From: Eubacteriales bacterium
GTDB taxonomy: Bacteria; Bacillota; Clostridia; Oscillospirales; CAG-382
DNA length: 64,000 bases
Assembly: GCA_045592105.1 (NCBI GenBank)
Contig: JAZNUB010000069.1
Location: 114,273 to 178,272 of the forward strand
Direction of reading: 5' to 3'
Positions 37,744 to 47,036 of this stretch are shown in pieces (positions within the stretch are counted from its first letter, which is position 1; the number at the start of each line of letters is the position of its first letter). The translations under genes and the position numbers were made by a program. A model generated the notes under the pieces. That model made no database searches, was not told the DNA's origin, and was given only the letters and a program-made list of their open reading frames with translations.

Positions 37744-38805
37744 ATGGCTGAAAAGGATAAGATAACCGATCAAAAGAAGGAAGCGTTGCAGATAGCGCTT
37801 GCTAAGGTTGAGAAAAAATACGGCAAAGGCTCTGTTATGCGTTTGGGTGAAAACGCCAGGATGGAGGTTTCCAGCGTTTCCACGGGCTCTCTTTCTTTGG
37901 ATTTAGCACTTGGAATAGGCGGTTTGCCTAAGGGCAGAATAGTTGAGATATACGGGCCTGAATCTTCGGGTAAAACCACCGTTGCTCTGCACGCGATAGC
38001 AGAGGTGCAAAAGGCAGGCGGTGAAGCTGCGTTTATTGATGCGGAGCACGCTTTGGACCCTGTTTATGCTAAGGCGTTGGGCGTTAATATTGACGATTTG
38101 CTTGTTTCACAGCCCGATGACGGTGAGCAGGCTTTGGAAATTGCAGAGGCACTTATTCGTTCCGGTGCTGTTGAGATAGTTGTTGTGGATTCTGTTGCGG
38201 CTCTTGTTCCTAAAAGTGAGATTGATAACGAGATGGGCTCTGCCAACGTTGGTGTGCAGGCGCGCTTGATGTCGCAAGCACTTCGCAAGCTTTCCGGTGC
38301 CGTTGCAAAATCTAACTGTATCGTTATATTTATCAACCAGCTCCGTCAGAAAATAGGTGTATTTTACGGCAACCCCGAAACAACAACGGGTGGTACTGCG
38401 CTTAAGTTTTACGCTTCCGTTCGTATTGATATCCGCAGGGCAGAGCAGCTTAAATCCGGTGCTGAAATTATTGGTAACCATACCAAATGTAAGGTAGTTA
38501 AAAATAAGGTTGCACCCCCCTTTAAAACGGCAGAGTTTGATATACTTTACGGACAGGGCATATCAAAGGAAAGCGAGATTATAGAGCTTGGTATACGCTA
38601 TGGCATTATTGATAAAAGCGGCTCTTGGCTTTCATACAACGGTGAAAGATTAGGCCAAGGTAAGGACAAGGTTCGTGATCTGATTACCGAGGACAAGGCA
38701 CTTGCTAATGAAATAGAAGCAAAGATAAGAGAAAAGTGTGCTGGTACAGTTGACGATAGTATCTACGACGTTGGCGATGAGGAAGACTTTTTCGGTGACG
38801 AATAA
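37744..38805 (+). CDS. recA: Recombinase A
   Basis: [36 protein letters not shown]. Confidence 0.98.
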   Translation: MAEKDKITDQKKEALQIALAKVEKKYGKGSVMRLGENARMEVSSVSTGSLSLDLALGIGGLPKGRIVEIYGPESSGKTTVALHAIAEVQKAGGEAAFIDAEHALDPVYAKALGVNIDDLLVSQPDDGEQALEIAEALIRSGAVEIVVVDSVAALVPKSEIDNEMGSANVGVQARLMSQALRKLSGAVAKSNCIVIFINQLRQKIGVFYGNPETTTGGTALKFYASVRIDIRRAEQLKSGAEIIGNHTKCKVVKNKVAPPFKTAEFDILYGQGISKESEIIELGIRYGIIDKSGSWLSYNGERLGQGKDKVRDLITEDKALANEIEAKIREKCAGTVDDSIYDVGDEEDFFGDE

Positions 38806-39434
38806 TGGAGGCTACCTATTCGGTTAAGCTTTATAAGGCTGACGGGGAGGCGCTTGTTAGCACTGATGACAATAAATACCGCATAACTATGGCTGATTAC
38901 TTATGCAGCGGGGTTGAAGACGGCGCTTTTGTTGATGAAACGAGCTTGGCGTTTTTGGAGGCTGCTGCTGAAAAGCTTGCGTGCATAAAAAAGGCTTTCG
39001 TTTATTTATCGTACCGTGCGCTACCCATTCGCAAGCTTAAAACTAAGCTAAAAACGGCGGGCTTTGGAGAAGATGCAATAGAAAAATGCATTCAACTGCT
39101 TTTAAAAAAAGGCTATTTGGACGATTATGCATTGTGCAATGACGTTGCTTTGTCCTTACAAAGGTCTAAGCTTTATGGCTTTTCGCGTTTAAGAAAAGAG
39201 CTTTATGCTAAAGGCTTTGATACCGAATGTATAAACTCTGTGCTGGATGGCTTAGAGGATTGCACGGAGGAGGACACAACGCAAAGCGCAATTAACGCTT
39301 TGCTTGCAAAAAAGTTCCCCTCTCTTTCGCCGGACGATAGAGAAGGGCGCGCAAAAGCGGTATCGTATCTATACCGCATGGGATACTCTTACGACGACAT
39401 AAATAATGCAATTTCCGCATTAGGAAGGGATTGA
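38805..39434 (+). CDS. recX: RecX regulatory protein
   Basis: YLSYR..GYLDD..ELYAKG..YLYRMGY; overlaps the recA stop. Confidence 0.85.
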   Translation: MEATYSVKLYKADGEALVSTDDNKYRITMADYLCSGVEDGAFVDETSLAFLEAAAEKLACIKKAFVYLSYRALPIRKLKTKLKTAGFGEDAIEKCIQLLLKKGYLDDYALCNDVALSLQRSKLYGFSRLRKELYAKGFDTECINSVLDGLEDCTEEDTTQSAINALLAKKFPSLSPDDREGRAKAVSYLYRMGYSYDDINNAISALGRD

Positions 39435-40765
39435 TTGGTTTGGCTATAAAGGTTGGTTTTGTTTCTTTGGGATGCCCCAAAAATTTGCTTGATACAGAAA
39501 ATATGCTGTACCTTCTTGCAGATAACGGTTTCGAGATAGTTGCAGAGGATGTTGATGCAGACGTTATTATTATTAATACCTGTGCTTTTATAGAAAGCGC
39601 AAAGCAGGAGGCTATTGACAATATTCTTGATATAGCGTGGCTTAAAGAAAACCACACGTTAAAGGGTATTGTTGTAACGGGCTGTCTTGCAGAGAGGTAT
39701 AGGGAAGAAGTGCTTGAGCGTATGCCCGAGGTTGATTGTGTAATCGGCACAGGCTCGATTCACAGCATCGTTGATGCGGTTAATGCAGCATATAAGGGTG
39801 AAAAATTCACCTGCTTTGATGATGTTAATAAAGCCCCCTTCCAAAGCAACCGCATAATCACAACACCCGAATATTTTGCATATCTGAAAATAGCAGAGGG
39901 CTGCGATAATTGCTGTACATATTGTGTTATACCTCAAATTCGTGGTAGCTTCCGTAGCAGACCTATGGACGATATTGTTGGCGAAGCGCGAGACCTTGCC
40001 GCTTTAGGCGTTAAAGAGATATGTTTGGTAGCGCAGGACACAACCCGTTACGGTGAGGATCTGTACGGTACGTATTGCTTGGATAGCTTGCTTGCGGCTT
40101 TATCTGAGGTTGAAGGTATAGAATGGATACGTTTGATGTATTGCTATGCAGATAGATTAACGGATGGCGTTATTGATGAGATAGCCAACAACCCCAAGGT
40201 TGTAAAGTACATTGATTTGCCGTTGCAGCATATATCTGATAATGTTCTTTCTCGTATGAACAGAAGAGATACGGAAAGCAGCATAAGAGAGATTTTGCAA
40301 AAATTGAGAAGTAAAATCCCCGATATATGTATCAGAACTACCTTTATTACAGGCTTCCCCGGCGAAACGGAAGAAGATTTTAATAAGCTTTTGGCGTTTA
40401 TTAAGGAAACAAAATTTGAAAAGCTTGGCGTTTTTGAATATTCAAGGGAAGAAAACACGCCCGCTTATGATATGCCTGATCAAATCCCCGAAAAGCTTAA
40501 GCGCAGGCGTTACGATATATTAATGCGTGAGCAACGCAAAATACACAAAGAAAACAACCAAAAAGCTGTTGGCAAAACCTTAAGGGTTCTATGTGAGGGA
40601 TACGACAAAGCGGCAGAAACGTATTTTGGCCGTTCCTATGCCGATGCTCCTGATATAGACGGCAAGGTGTATTTTTCCGCACCGCGCAGATTGCGTGACG
40701 GTGAAATGGTTGACGTTAATATAACCGAAGTTTTGGATTACGACCTTTACGGAAGAGCGTTATAA
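39431..40765 (+). CDS. rimO: S12 methylthiotransferase RimO
   Basis: SLGCPKN, NTCAFI, YLKIAEGCDNCCTYC, TRAM domain with APDIDG. Confidence 0.94.
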   Translation: MIGLAIKVGFVSLGCPKNLLDTENMLYLLADNGFEIVAEDVDADVIIINTCAFIESAKQEAIDNILDIAWLKENHTLKGIVVTGCLAERYREEVLERMPEVDCVIGTGSIHSIVDAVNAAYKGEKFTCFDDVNKAPFQSNRIITTPEYFAYLKIAEGCDNCCTYCVIPQIRGSFRSRPMDDIVGEARDLAALGVKEICLVAQDTTRYGEDLYGTYCLDSLLAALSEVEGIEWIRLMYCYADRLTDGVIDEIANNPKVVKYIDLPLQHISDNVLSRMNRRDTESSIREILQKLRSKIPDICIRTTFITGFPGETEEDFNKLLAFIKETKFEKLGVFEYSREENTPAYDMPDQIPEKLKRRRYDILMREQRKIHKENNQKAVGKTLRVLCEGYDKAAETYFGRSYADAPDIDGKVYFSAPRRLRDGEMVDVNITEVLDYDLYGRAL

Positions 40766-40783
40766 AACAAAGGAGATGTTTTT

Positions 40784-41431
40784 GTGAAACTCAAGGAAAT
40801 GGAAGCTCCTGCTAAGCTTACTATGGTAAGGCTTGCTTTGATACCGCTGTTTATGATTTTTATCGTGTACGGATTCGGTATGGAAAACGCAGGAAAATAT
40901 ACATGGCCAAGGATAATAGCCGCATCGTTGTTTTTGCTTGCGTGCATCGTTTACGTGATTGATAAACGCGTTATGCGCGGTAGGGATATTACCAAGGGCT
41001 TTTGGGGCTTTTTGGATGTTGTTGCCGATAGGCTTGTTATCTTTAGCGCATTGCTTTCAATATGCTTTTCGGATTACGTTTTGCCTAACGGGTTTTATGA
41101 AAACTTTTTCTTTTGGGCAACGGCGATAATAGTATTTAGAGAGCTTGTGGTTATTGGTATATGCCTTACGGAAGCATCCATGAACGTGGAGCATTTGTTT
41201 AATAACGAGCCAAAACAGCAAAAATGGCTGTTGTGGATAACCTCTGCGTTACAGATGATATGTATTGTTGTTGTGATATTAGAGCCTATATTTTTCTCTC
41301 ACAAGATTTTTAGCGAGTTTAGGCTTTTAAGCTTGGTAATAACCATTTTGACCGTTGTTTCAACCGTTGTTTCATGTTTATACAGCATAATCGCTTATAA
41401 GAAATATATTACTATCCAAGAGAATGACTAA
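40784..41431 (+). CDS. PgsA-like CDP-alcohol phosphatidyltransferase with a degenerate signature
   Basis: PAKLTMVRL, FLDVVADR, IIVFRE; canonical position after rimO. Confidence 0.7.
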   Translation: MKLKEMEAPAKLTMVRLALIPLFMIFIVYGFGMENAGKYTWPRIIAASLFLLACIVYVIDKRVMRGRDITKGFWGFLDVVADRLVIFSALLSICFSDYVLPNGFYENFFFWATAIIVFRELVVIGICLTEASMNVEHLFNNEPKQQKWLLWITSALQMICIVVVILEPIFFSHKIFSEFRLLSLVITILTVVSTVVSCLYSIIAYKKYITIQEND

Positions 41432-41444
41432 GGGGGTACGTTTT

Positions 41445-42845
41445 ATGAAATTATACAATACTTTAACCCAACAAAAGGATGAGCTTACTATAGCGGACAA
41501 TACCGTGCGTATGTACGTTTGCGGCCCTACGGTATATAACTTTTTCCATATAGGCAACGCAAGAGTTTTTGTTGTGTTTGATATGCTTCGCAGATACCTT
41601 GAATATAGAGGGCACAAGGTAATATTTGTTCAAAACTTTACCGATGTTGACGATAAGCTTATTAAACGCGCTTTAGAAGAAGGTACTGATGTACCTACCG
41701 TTGCTAAAAAATATATAGAGGAATATTTTGTGGATGCAAAAGGGCTTGGTATTAAGCCTGCAACCTTTCATCCTAAAGCAACCGAAACTATTGAAGAGAT
41801 AGTAAAGATGGTTTCGGATCTTATAGAAAAAGGCCACGCTTATGTGCGCGGGGGCGACGTTTATTTTGATACCGAAAGCTTTAAGGGTTACGGCAAGCTT
41901 TCGCACAGGGATATCGATTCTTTGGAAGCAGGCGCAAGGATTGAAATAAACGAGGATAAAAAGAGCTTTTATGATTTTGCGCTATGGAAGGCGCAAAAGG
42001 TTGATACGGAAATCGCTTGGGATTCCCCTTGGGGCAAGGGGCGCCCCGGTTGGCATATAGAATGTTCAGCAATGGTAAACAAATTCCTTGGTAATGAAAT
42101 CGATATCCACGGCGGTGGGCAGGACCTTGCTTTCCCGCACCACGAAAACGAGGTTGCACAAACCGAATGTGCTACGGGCAAGGCACTTGCGAAGATATGG
42201 ATGCACAACGGATATATAAACGTTGATAACAAAAAGATGTCCAAATCTCTCGGTAATTTCTTTACCGTGCGTGACGTTGCAGAGAAATACGATTATCAAG
42301 TTATTAGATACTTCCTGCTTTCTCCGCATTACAGAAGCCCTGTAAACTATTCTGCCGAGATATTGGAGCAGGCAAAGGGTGCGCTTGAAAGATTGCAGAA
42401 TTGCGAGGAGAACCTTGCTTTCCGCTTAAAGAGTGCTGTTGGTGATAGCCTTTCCGTAGCTGAAAAAACCACGCTTTTGGCAATTGATGCGAAAATTTCC
42501 GAGATGGACGCGGCTATGGATGACGATTTTAATACTGCTGATGCGTTAAGCTGTGTATTTGAGATTGCAAAGCTGATAAATACCGCGCTTGCTGATAATA
42601 ACGCAAGCAAATCGTTTATCGGAAACGCTTACGAAAAATATCGCGCTTTGCTTGTTCTTTTCGGCCTTGAAATTCGTGAAAAAACAGGTAGCGACGATGC
42701 AGAGATAGAAGCGCTTGTTGCTGAACGCACGGAAGCGAAGAAGCAAAAAGACTATAAGCGTGCGGACGAAATTAGAGATGCGCTTGGTAAGATGGGCGTT
42801 GTTATTGAGGACACGCCGCAGGGGCCTAAATGGAAAAGAGTATAG
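41445..42845 (+). CDS. cysS: Cysteine--tRNA ligase
   Basis: YVCGPTVY, HIGN, GRPGWHIECS, KMSKS. Confidence 0.97.
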   Translation: MKLYNTLTQQKDELTIADNTVRMYVCGPTVYNFFHIGNARVFVVFDMLRRYLEYRGHKVIFVQNFTDVDDKLIKRALEEGTDVPTVAKKYIEEYFVDAKGLGIKPATFHPKATETIEEIVKMVSDLIEKGHAYVRGGDVYFDTESFKGYGKLSHRDIDSLEAGARIEINEDKKSFYDFALWKAQKVDTEIAWDSPWGKGRPGWHIECSAMVNKFLGNEIDIHGGGQDLAFPHHENEVAQTECATGKALAKIWMHNGYINVDNKKMSKSLGNFFTVRDVAEKYDYQVIRYFLLSPHYRSPVNYSAEILEQAKGALERLQNCEENLAFRLKSAVGDSLSVAEKTTLLAIDAKISEMDAAMDDDFNTADALSCVFEIAKLINTALADNNASKSFIGNAYEKYRALLVLFGLEIREKTGSDDAEIEALVAERTEAKKQKDYKRADEIRDALGKMGVVIEDTPQGPKWKRV

Positions 42846-43216
42846 ATTTTAACAAGTGCAACGCTTTAGTGCTTGCATATATGGGGGACGCTGTTATTGA
42901 AGTTTTCGCGCGCCGCAGTATTATTGGTGACGGTGGGCATAAAATAAGCGACCTAAACGTTATGGCAAAGCATTATGTTACTGCAGTTAGCCAAAGTGCG
43001 GCGGTTGAGCGTGTTCTGCCGCACTTAACCGAAAAAGAGGAACAGATATTTAAGTACGGGCGCAACGCAAAGGGTGTTCACGTGCCCAAAAGTGCATCTG
43101 CTATTGATTATAGGCGTGCAACAGGGCTGGAATGCCTGTTTGGATATTTGTATCTTTCCGGTGAAATTGAACGGGCAGAGGCGTTGTTTGCGCTTGCTTA
43201 TGGTACGGAGGAATAG
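42830..43216 (+). CDS. mrnC: Mini-ribonuclease III
   Basis: LAYMGDAV, GRNAK, YRRATGLECLFGYLY; follows cysS. Confidence 0.92.
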   Translation: MEKSIDFNKCNALVLAYMGDAVIEVFARRSIIGDGGHKISDLNVMAKHYVTAVSQSAAVERVLPHLTEKEEQIFKYGRNAKGVHVPKSASAIDYRRATGLECLFGYLYLSGEIERAEALFALAYGTEE

Positions 43217-43219
43217 CTT

Positions 43220-43837
43220 ATGGCAGATAATTACAGTAAGCTTACGGAAAAAGAAAAAGCCATTTTCAAATACATCCGCAATACAATTAAAACTGAAGGA
43301 TATGCTCCGTCTGTAAGAGATATCTGTTCTGCCTTGGGGATAAAATCCACCTCTACCGTTCATCTGTATATCAAGCGTTTGGAGGAAAAGGGATATATTG
43401 ACAGGTGCGATGGTAAAAGCAGAGCGATTAGCGTGAACAGCCGCAACGTGCCGGAGGAGCCAAAAATTGTTCGCGTACCTCTTATTGGGCAGGTACGCGC
43501 AGGGTTGCCTATTGCTGCTGTTGAAAACTATGAGGGGTACGTTGATTATCCCGCATCAATGGCGGGTAATTCGCCGTTATTTGCGCTTCGCGTTGTTGGT
43601 GAAAGTATGATAGAAGCGGGCATTTTGGATGGTGATATAGTTATTGTTGAAAGCCGCCGTTATGCCGAGGACGGAGAAATTGTGCTTGCGCTTATAGACG
43701 ACAGTGCTACTGTAAAGTATTTTTACCGTGAGAGAAATCAAATAAGATTACAGCCTGCAAATTCCGAGATGAAGCCCATTTATACAAGCGATGTAACGAT
43801 ACTGGGAAAAGTAATAGCAAACTTTAGGTTTTATTAA
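43220..43837 (+). CDS. lexA: SOS repressor LexA
   Basis: PSVRDIC..STSTVH HTH, VRAG cleavage site, GESM (Ser) and ATVK (Lys). Confidence 0.94.
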   Translation: MADNYSKLTEKEKAIFKYIRNTIKTEGYAPSVRDICSALGIKSTSTVHLYIKRLEEKGYIDRCDGKSRAISVNSRNVPEEPKIVRVPLIGQVRAGLPIAAVENYEGYVDYPASMAGNSPLFALRVVGESMIEAGILDGDIVIVESRRYAEDGEIVLALIDDSATVKYFYRERNQIRLQPANSEMKPIYTSDVTILGKVIANFRFY

Positions 43838-43871
43838 ACGCTTTTACTTATTCACTTTTTTAAAAAAAGTA

Positions 43872-43900
43872 TTGACAAACTGCATTTTATGTGCTATTCT
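43872..43900 (+). promoter_or_regulatory. Sigma-A promoter of tRNA-Lys
   Basis: TTGACA-17-TATTCT with extended TG. Confidence 0.7.
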
Positions 43901-43928
43901 ACTTTGGCGGCGGAAAAGCCGATGTAAT

Positions 43929-44004
43929 GATCCATTAGCTCAGCCGGTAGAGCACATGACTTTTAATCATGGTGTCCGGAGTTCGATTCTCCGATGGATC
44001 ACCA
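43929..44004 (+). tRNA. tRNA-Lys (anticodon UUU)
   Basis: 76 nt; acceptor stem GATCCAT/ATGGATC, anticodon arm CATGA-CTTTTAA-TCATG, GTTCGA T-loop, encoded CCA. Confidence 0.97.
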
Positions 44005-44038
44005 AAAAAGGCACTTGCAACACGCAAGTGCCTTTTTC
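44005..44038 (+). terminator. tRNA terminator
   Basis: AAAAAGGCACTTGC-aacac-GCAAGTGCCTTTTT. Confidence 0.85.
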
Positions 44039-44050
44039 TCTTGCTAATGC

Positions 44051-44133
44051 TTGACAAATATATTGGTATCTTATATATTCATAGTAGAAAAACTAAAAAC
44101 AGTATTGCATTATATATATTTATATGGTATAAT
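44051..44133 (+). promoter_or_regulatory. Tandem sigma-A promoters of the his operon
   Basis: TTGACA-17-TATATT (44051-79) and TTGCAT-17-TATAAT (44105-33). Confidence 0.65.
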
Positions 44134-44140
44134 CAATCAA

Positions 44141-44168
44141 CACTTTAATTAGTTATCACGCTAAAGCG
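44141..44168. promoter_or_regulatory. Probable HisR (TrpR-like) operator
   Basis: CACTTTA-N14-TAAAGCG between the -10 and the RBS; resembles the ACTTTA..TAAAGT his operators of Firmicutes. Confidence 0.6.
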
Positions 44169-44179
44169 CGGAGGTTTGT

Positions 44180-45121
44180 ATGGAAAATCTATTTAGTGTT
44201 CTTAAGCCTTCTGAGATTTTAAAGCTAAAGCTTCGTTTTTTGTATGAAAAAAACGGATATACGAAATATGAAATGAGCAGATTTGAGGAATATGCGTTTT
44301 ATCTTGAAAACCGTAATTTCCTAATCAATGATTCTGTAATAACGTTTACGGATTTGGATGGCAGGCTGCTTGCCCTTAAGCCGGACGTAACGCTGTCTAT
44401 CGCCAAAAACTATCAAGGCGGCGCGCAAAGGGTGTATTATACCGAAAACGTATACAGGCCGGACCGCGCTAAAAGAAGCTTTAAGGAAATAGAGCAGATG
44501 GGGCTTGAGTGCGTTGGCGGAATAGATAGCAACGCCGTAAGTGATGTTGTTGTGCTTGCCGCGCAAAGTATGCGCTTGGTTTCACAAGAAAGCATTCTTG
44601 AAATAAGCCATTGTGGTTTCATACGCGGGCTTTTAAACGCTGTTACTGATGATAAGAGATTGCGTTTAGCGCTTTCAAAATTGATTGCAGAAAAGAACGT
44701 TCACGGCGTTGCAGAGCTTGCCAAGCAAGCAGAAATTGACGAAGATAAGATTAACGCTTTGTTAAAAGCTATTAATATATGTGGGGATTATGAAAGCGTA
44801 ATAACCAAAGCAAAAAGCATTTGCATTTCCGATGAGATGCAAGAGGCTTTAGATGAGCTTGAAATGCTTAATAGCGTTTTGCGAAAGTCTACCGGCTTGT
44901 GCGATATAAGGTTTGATATGTCTTTGCACGGCGAAGAGGATTATTATAACGGCATTGTTTTTTGCGGATACGTTAAAGGCTTGCCGTTCCGTGTGCTTTC
45001 GGGCGGTAGGTACGATGCGTTATTAAAGCGTCTTGGCAAGGAATGCGGAGCTTTAGGCTTTGCTTTGTACTTGGACGAGCTACAGCTTATGTTCGAAAAC
45101 GAAGCTGCAAAGGGGGAATAA
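44180..45121 (+). CDS. hisZ: ATP phosphoribosyltransferase regulatory subunit
   Basis: LKPDVTLSIAK, QMGLECVG, YYNGIVF, GGRYD. Confidence 0.9.
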   Translation: MENLFSVLKPSEILKLKLRFLYEKNGYTKYEMSRFEEYAFYLENRNFLINDSVITFTDLDGRLLALKPDVTLSIAKNYQGGAQRVYYTENVYRPDRAKRSFKEIEQMGLECVGGIDSNAVSDVVVLAAQSMRLVSQESILEISHCGFIRGLLNAVTDDKRLRLALSKLIAEKNVHGVAELAKQAEIDEDKINALLKAINICGDYESVITKAKSICISDEMQEALDELEMLNSVLRKSTGLCDIRFDMSLHGEEDYYNGIVFCGYVKGLPFRVLSGGRYDALLKRLGKECGALGFALYLDELQLMFENEAAKGE

Positions 45122-45124
45122 TAG

Positions 45125-45742
45125 GTGCTTACAGTTGCTTTGCCAAAGGGACGCCTTGGCGATAAGGTATATAAACGGTTAATGGCGGCGGGGTATATAT
45201 GCGATGATATGACCGCAGAAAGCAGAAAGCTTGTTTTTGAAAACGAAAAAGCAGGAGTAAGATACTTGCTTGTTAAGCCCTCGGATGTTAGCGTTTATGT
45301 AGAGCGCGGCGCGGCAGACGTTGGTATTGCGGGTAAGGATATCCTTTGCGAAACGGAGGCAAGGGTTTACGAGCTTTTGGATTTGGGCTTCGGCAAGTGC
45401 CGTATGGCTGTTGCGGCAAAGCGCGGGTTTGTTGATAATCCTAACCGTGTATTACGTGTGGCAACAAAATTTGTAAATATAGCAAATAAGCATTATACAA
45501 GCAAGGGCAGAAACATTGATATAATACCTTTGCATGGAAGCATCGAGCTTGCACCGATTGTTGGGCTTTCTGACGTAATAGTTGATATTGTTGAAAGCGG
45601 AAGCACTTTAAAAGAAAACGATTTGGTAGTAATAGAAGAGTTTATGCAGATATCTGCAAGATTTATAGCAAACATATCAAGCTATAAGTTTAAGGAAGCA
45701 GAGATCAATAAAATGCTTGTTGCTTTGAAAGAGGCTGAATGA
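45125..45742 (+). CDS. hisG: ATP phosphoribosyltransferase (short form)
   Basis: ALPKGRL, GSIELAP, DIVESGSTL. Confidence 0.95.
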   Translation: MLTVALPKGRLGDKVYKRLMAAGYICDDMTAESRKLVFENEKAGVRYLLVKPSDVSVYVERGAADVGIAGKDILCETEARVYELLDLGFGKCRMAVAAKRGFVDNPNRVLRVATKFVNIANKHYTSKGRNIDIIPLHGSIELAPIVGLSDVIVDIVESGSTLKENDLVVIEEFMQISARFIANISSYKFKEAEINKMLVALKEAE

Positions 45743-47034
45743 TGATAAAAATAATGTATTCTTCACAATGCACTAAACAACAGCTTTTAAGCCGTGTCGT
45801 ACCCGAATCGCCTGAGGTTGATTCTATAGTTCGCGATATAATTGAAAACGTTATCACAAACGGTGACAAGGCTTTGCTTGATTATGCATTGCGTTTTGAT
45901 AAGGCGCAACTAAGTGCGCTTGAGGTTAGCAAAGAGGAGATTGAAAAAGCTGTTGCAGAAACTGACGGCAAGTTTATTGAAATACTTAAAGCTGCTAAGG
46001 ATAATATATGGGATTTCCACGCAAGGCAAAAAAGAACGGGCTTTTGCGTAGATGAAAAACAAGGCATTGTAGTTGGGCAACGTATACTTCCGCTTGAAAG
46101 GGTGGGTATATACGTTCCCGGCGGTACGGCATCTTATCCAAGCTCTGTTTTGATGAACGCAATACCTGCGCGCATTGCGGGAGTTAGCGAGATTATTATG
46201 GTAACACCGCCTTGTGCTGACGGCAGTATTAAAAAAGAGATACTTGCCGCCGCTTCCATTGCAGGGGTAGACCGTATATTTAAGGTTGGCGGTGCAGGCG
46301 CTGTTGCAGCGTTGGCATACGGTACGGAAAGCATACCTGCGGTTGATAAGATTGTAGGCCCCGGTAATGTGTTTGTTGCTACCGCAAAGCGTTTGGTGTT
46401 TGGAAAGGTTGCTATTGATATGGTTGCCGGGCCGAGTGAAATACTTATCGTTGCGGATGATAGTGCATCTCCCGCTTATCTTGCGGCAGATTTGCTTAGC
46501 CAAGCAGAGCATGACCGTCTATCCTCCTCCGTTCTTGTAACAAATAGCACAGTTATCGGAGAAGCCGTTGCACAAGAGCTTGAAAAACAGCTTGCACTTC
46601 TTTCAAGAGAAGATATTGCAAGAACAAGCATAGATAACAACGGTAAAATAATAATTACAAAAACTATTGACGAGGCAATTGAGCTTGCCAACGATTACGC
46701 GCCGGAGCATTTGGAGCTTGCCGTAGAGAACCCATTTGCCTTGCTTAACAGTATTAAAAATGCAGGCAGTGTGTTCCTTGGGCATTACGCGCCGGAGCCG
46801 CTTGGCGATTATTTTGCAGGTCCCAACCATACCTTGCCTACAAGCGGTACGGCACGCTTTTCCAGCCCCTTGGGTGTTGATGATTTCATAAAGCGCACAA
46901 GCTTTATTTCATACTCCGCCGATGCGCTAAAGGCTGTTAGCGGTATGGTATCAGAGTTTGCCGAAAGAGAAGGCTTAACCGCACACGCTAACAGTATAAA
47001 GATACGTTTTGATAACAAGGATGGTGCCAAATAA
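45739..47034 (+). CDS. hisD: Histidinol dehydrogenase
   Basis: YVPGG, GPGN, AGPSE, SQAEHD, APEHL, NHTLPT. Confidence 0.96.
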   Translation: MMIKIMYSSQCTKQQLLSRVVPESPEVDSIVRDIIENVITNGDKALLDYALRFDKAQLSALEVSKEEIEKAVAETDGKFIEILKAAKDNIWDFHARQKRTGFCVDEKQGIVVGQRILPLERVGIYVPGGTASYPSSVLMNAIPARIAGVSEIIMVTPPCADGSIKKEILAAASIAGVDRIFKVGGAGAVAALAYGTESIPAVDKIVGPGNVFVATAKRLVFGKVAIDMVAGPSEILIVADDSASPAYLAADLLSQAEHDRLSSSVLVTNSTVIGEAVAQELEKQLALLSREDIARTSIDNNGKIIITKTIDEAIELANDYAPEHLELAVENPFALLNSIKNAGSVFLGHYAPEPLGDYFAGPNHTLPTSGTARFSSPLGVDDFIKRTSFISYSADALKAVSGMVSEFAEREGLTAHANSIKIRFDNKDGAK

Positions 47035-47036
47035 GC

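Noticed and set aside
43929-44050. tRNA as an integration site for an island
   Set aside because: There is no integrase and no duplicated tRNA 3' end; the tRNA is followed directly by its terminator and the his operon.
43872-44054. 60-aa ORF
   Set aside because: It overlaps tRNA-Lys, its promoter and its terminator.
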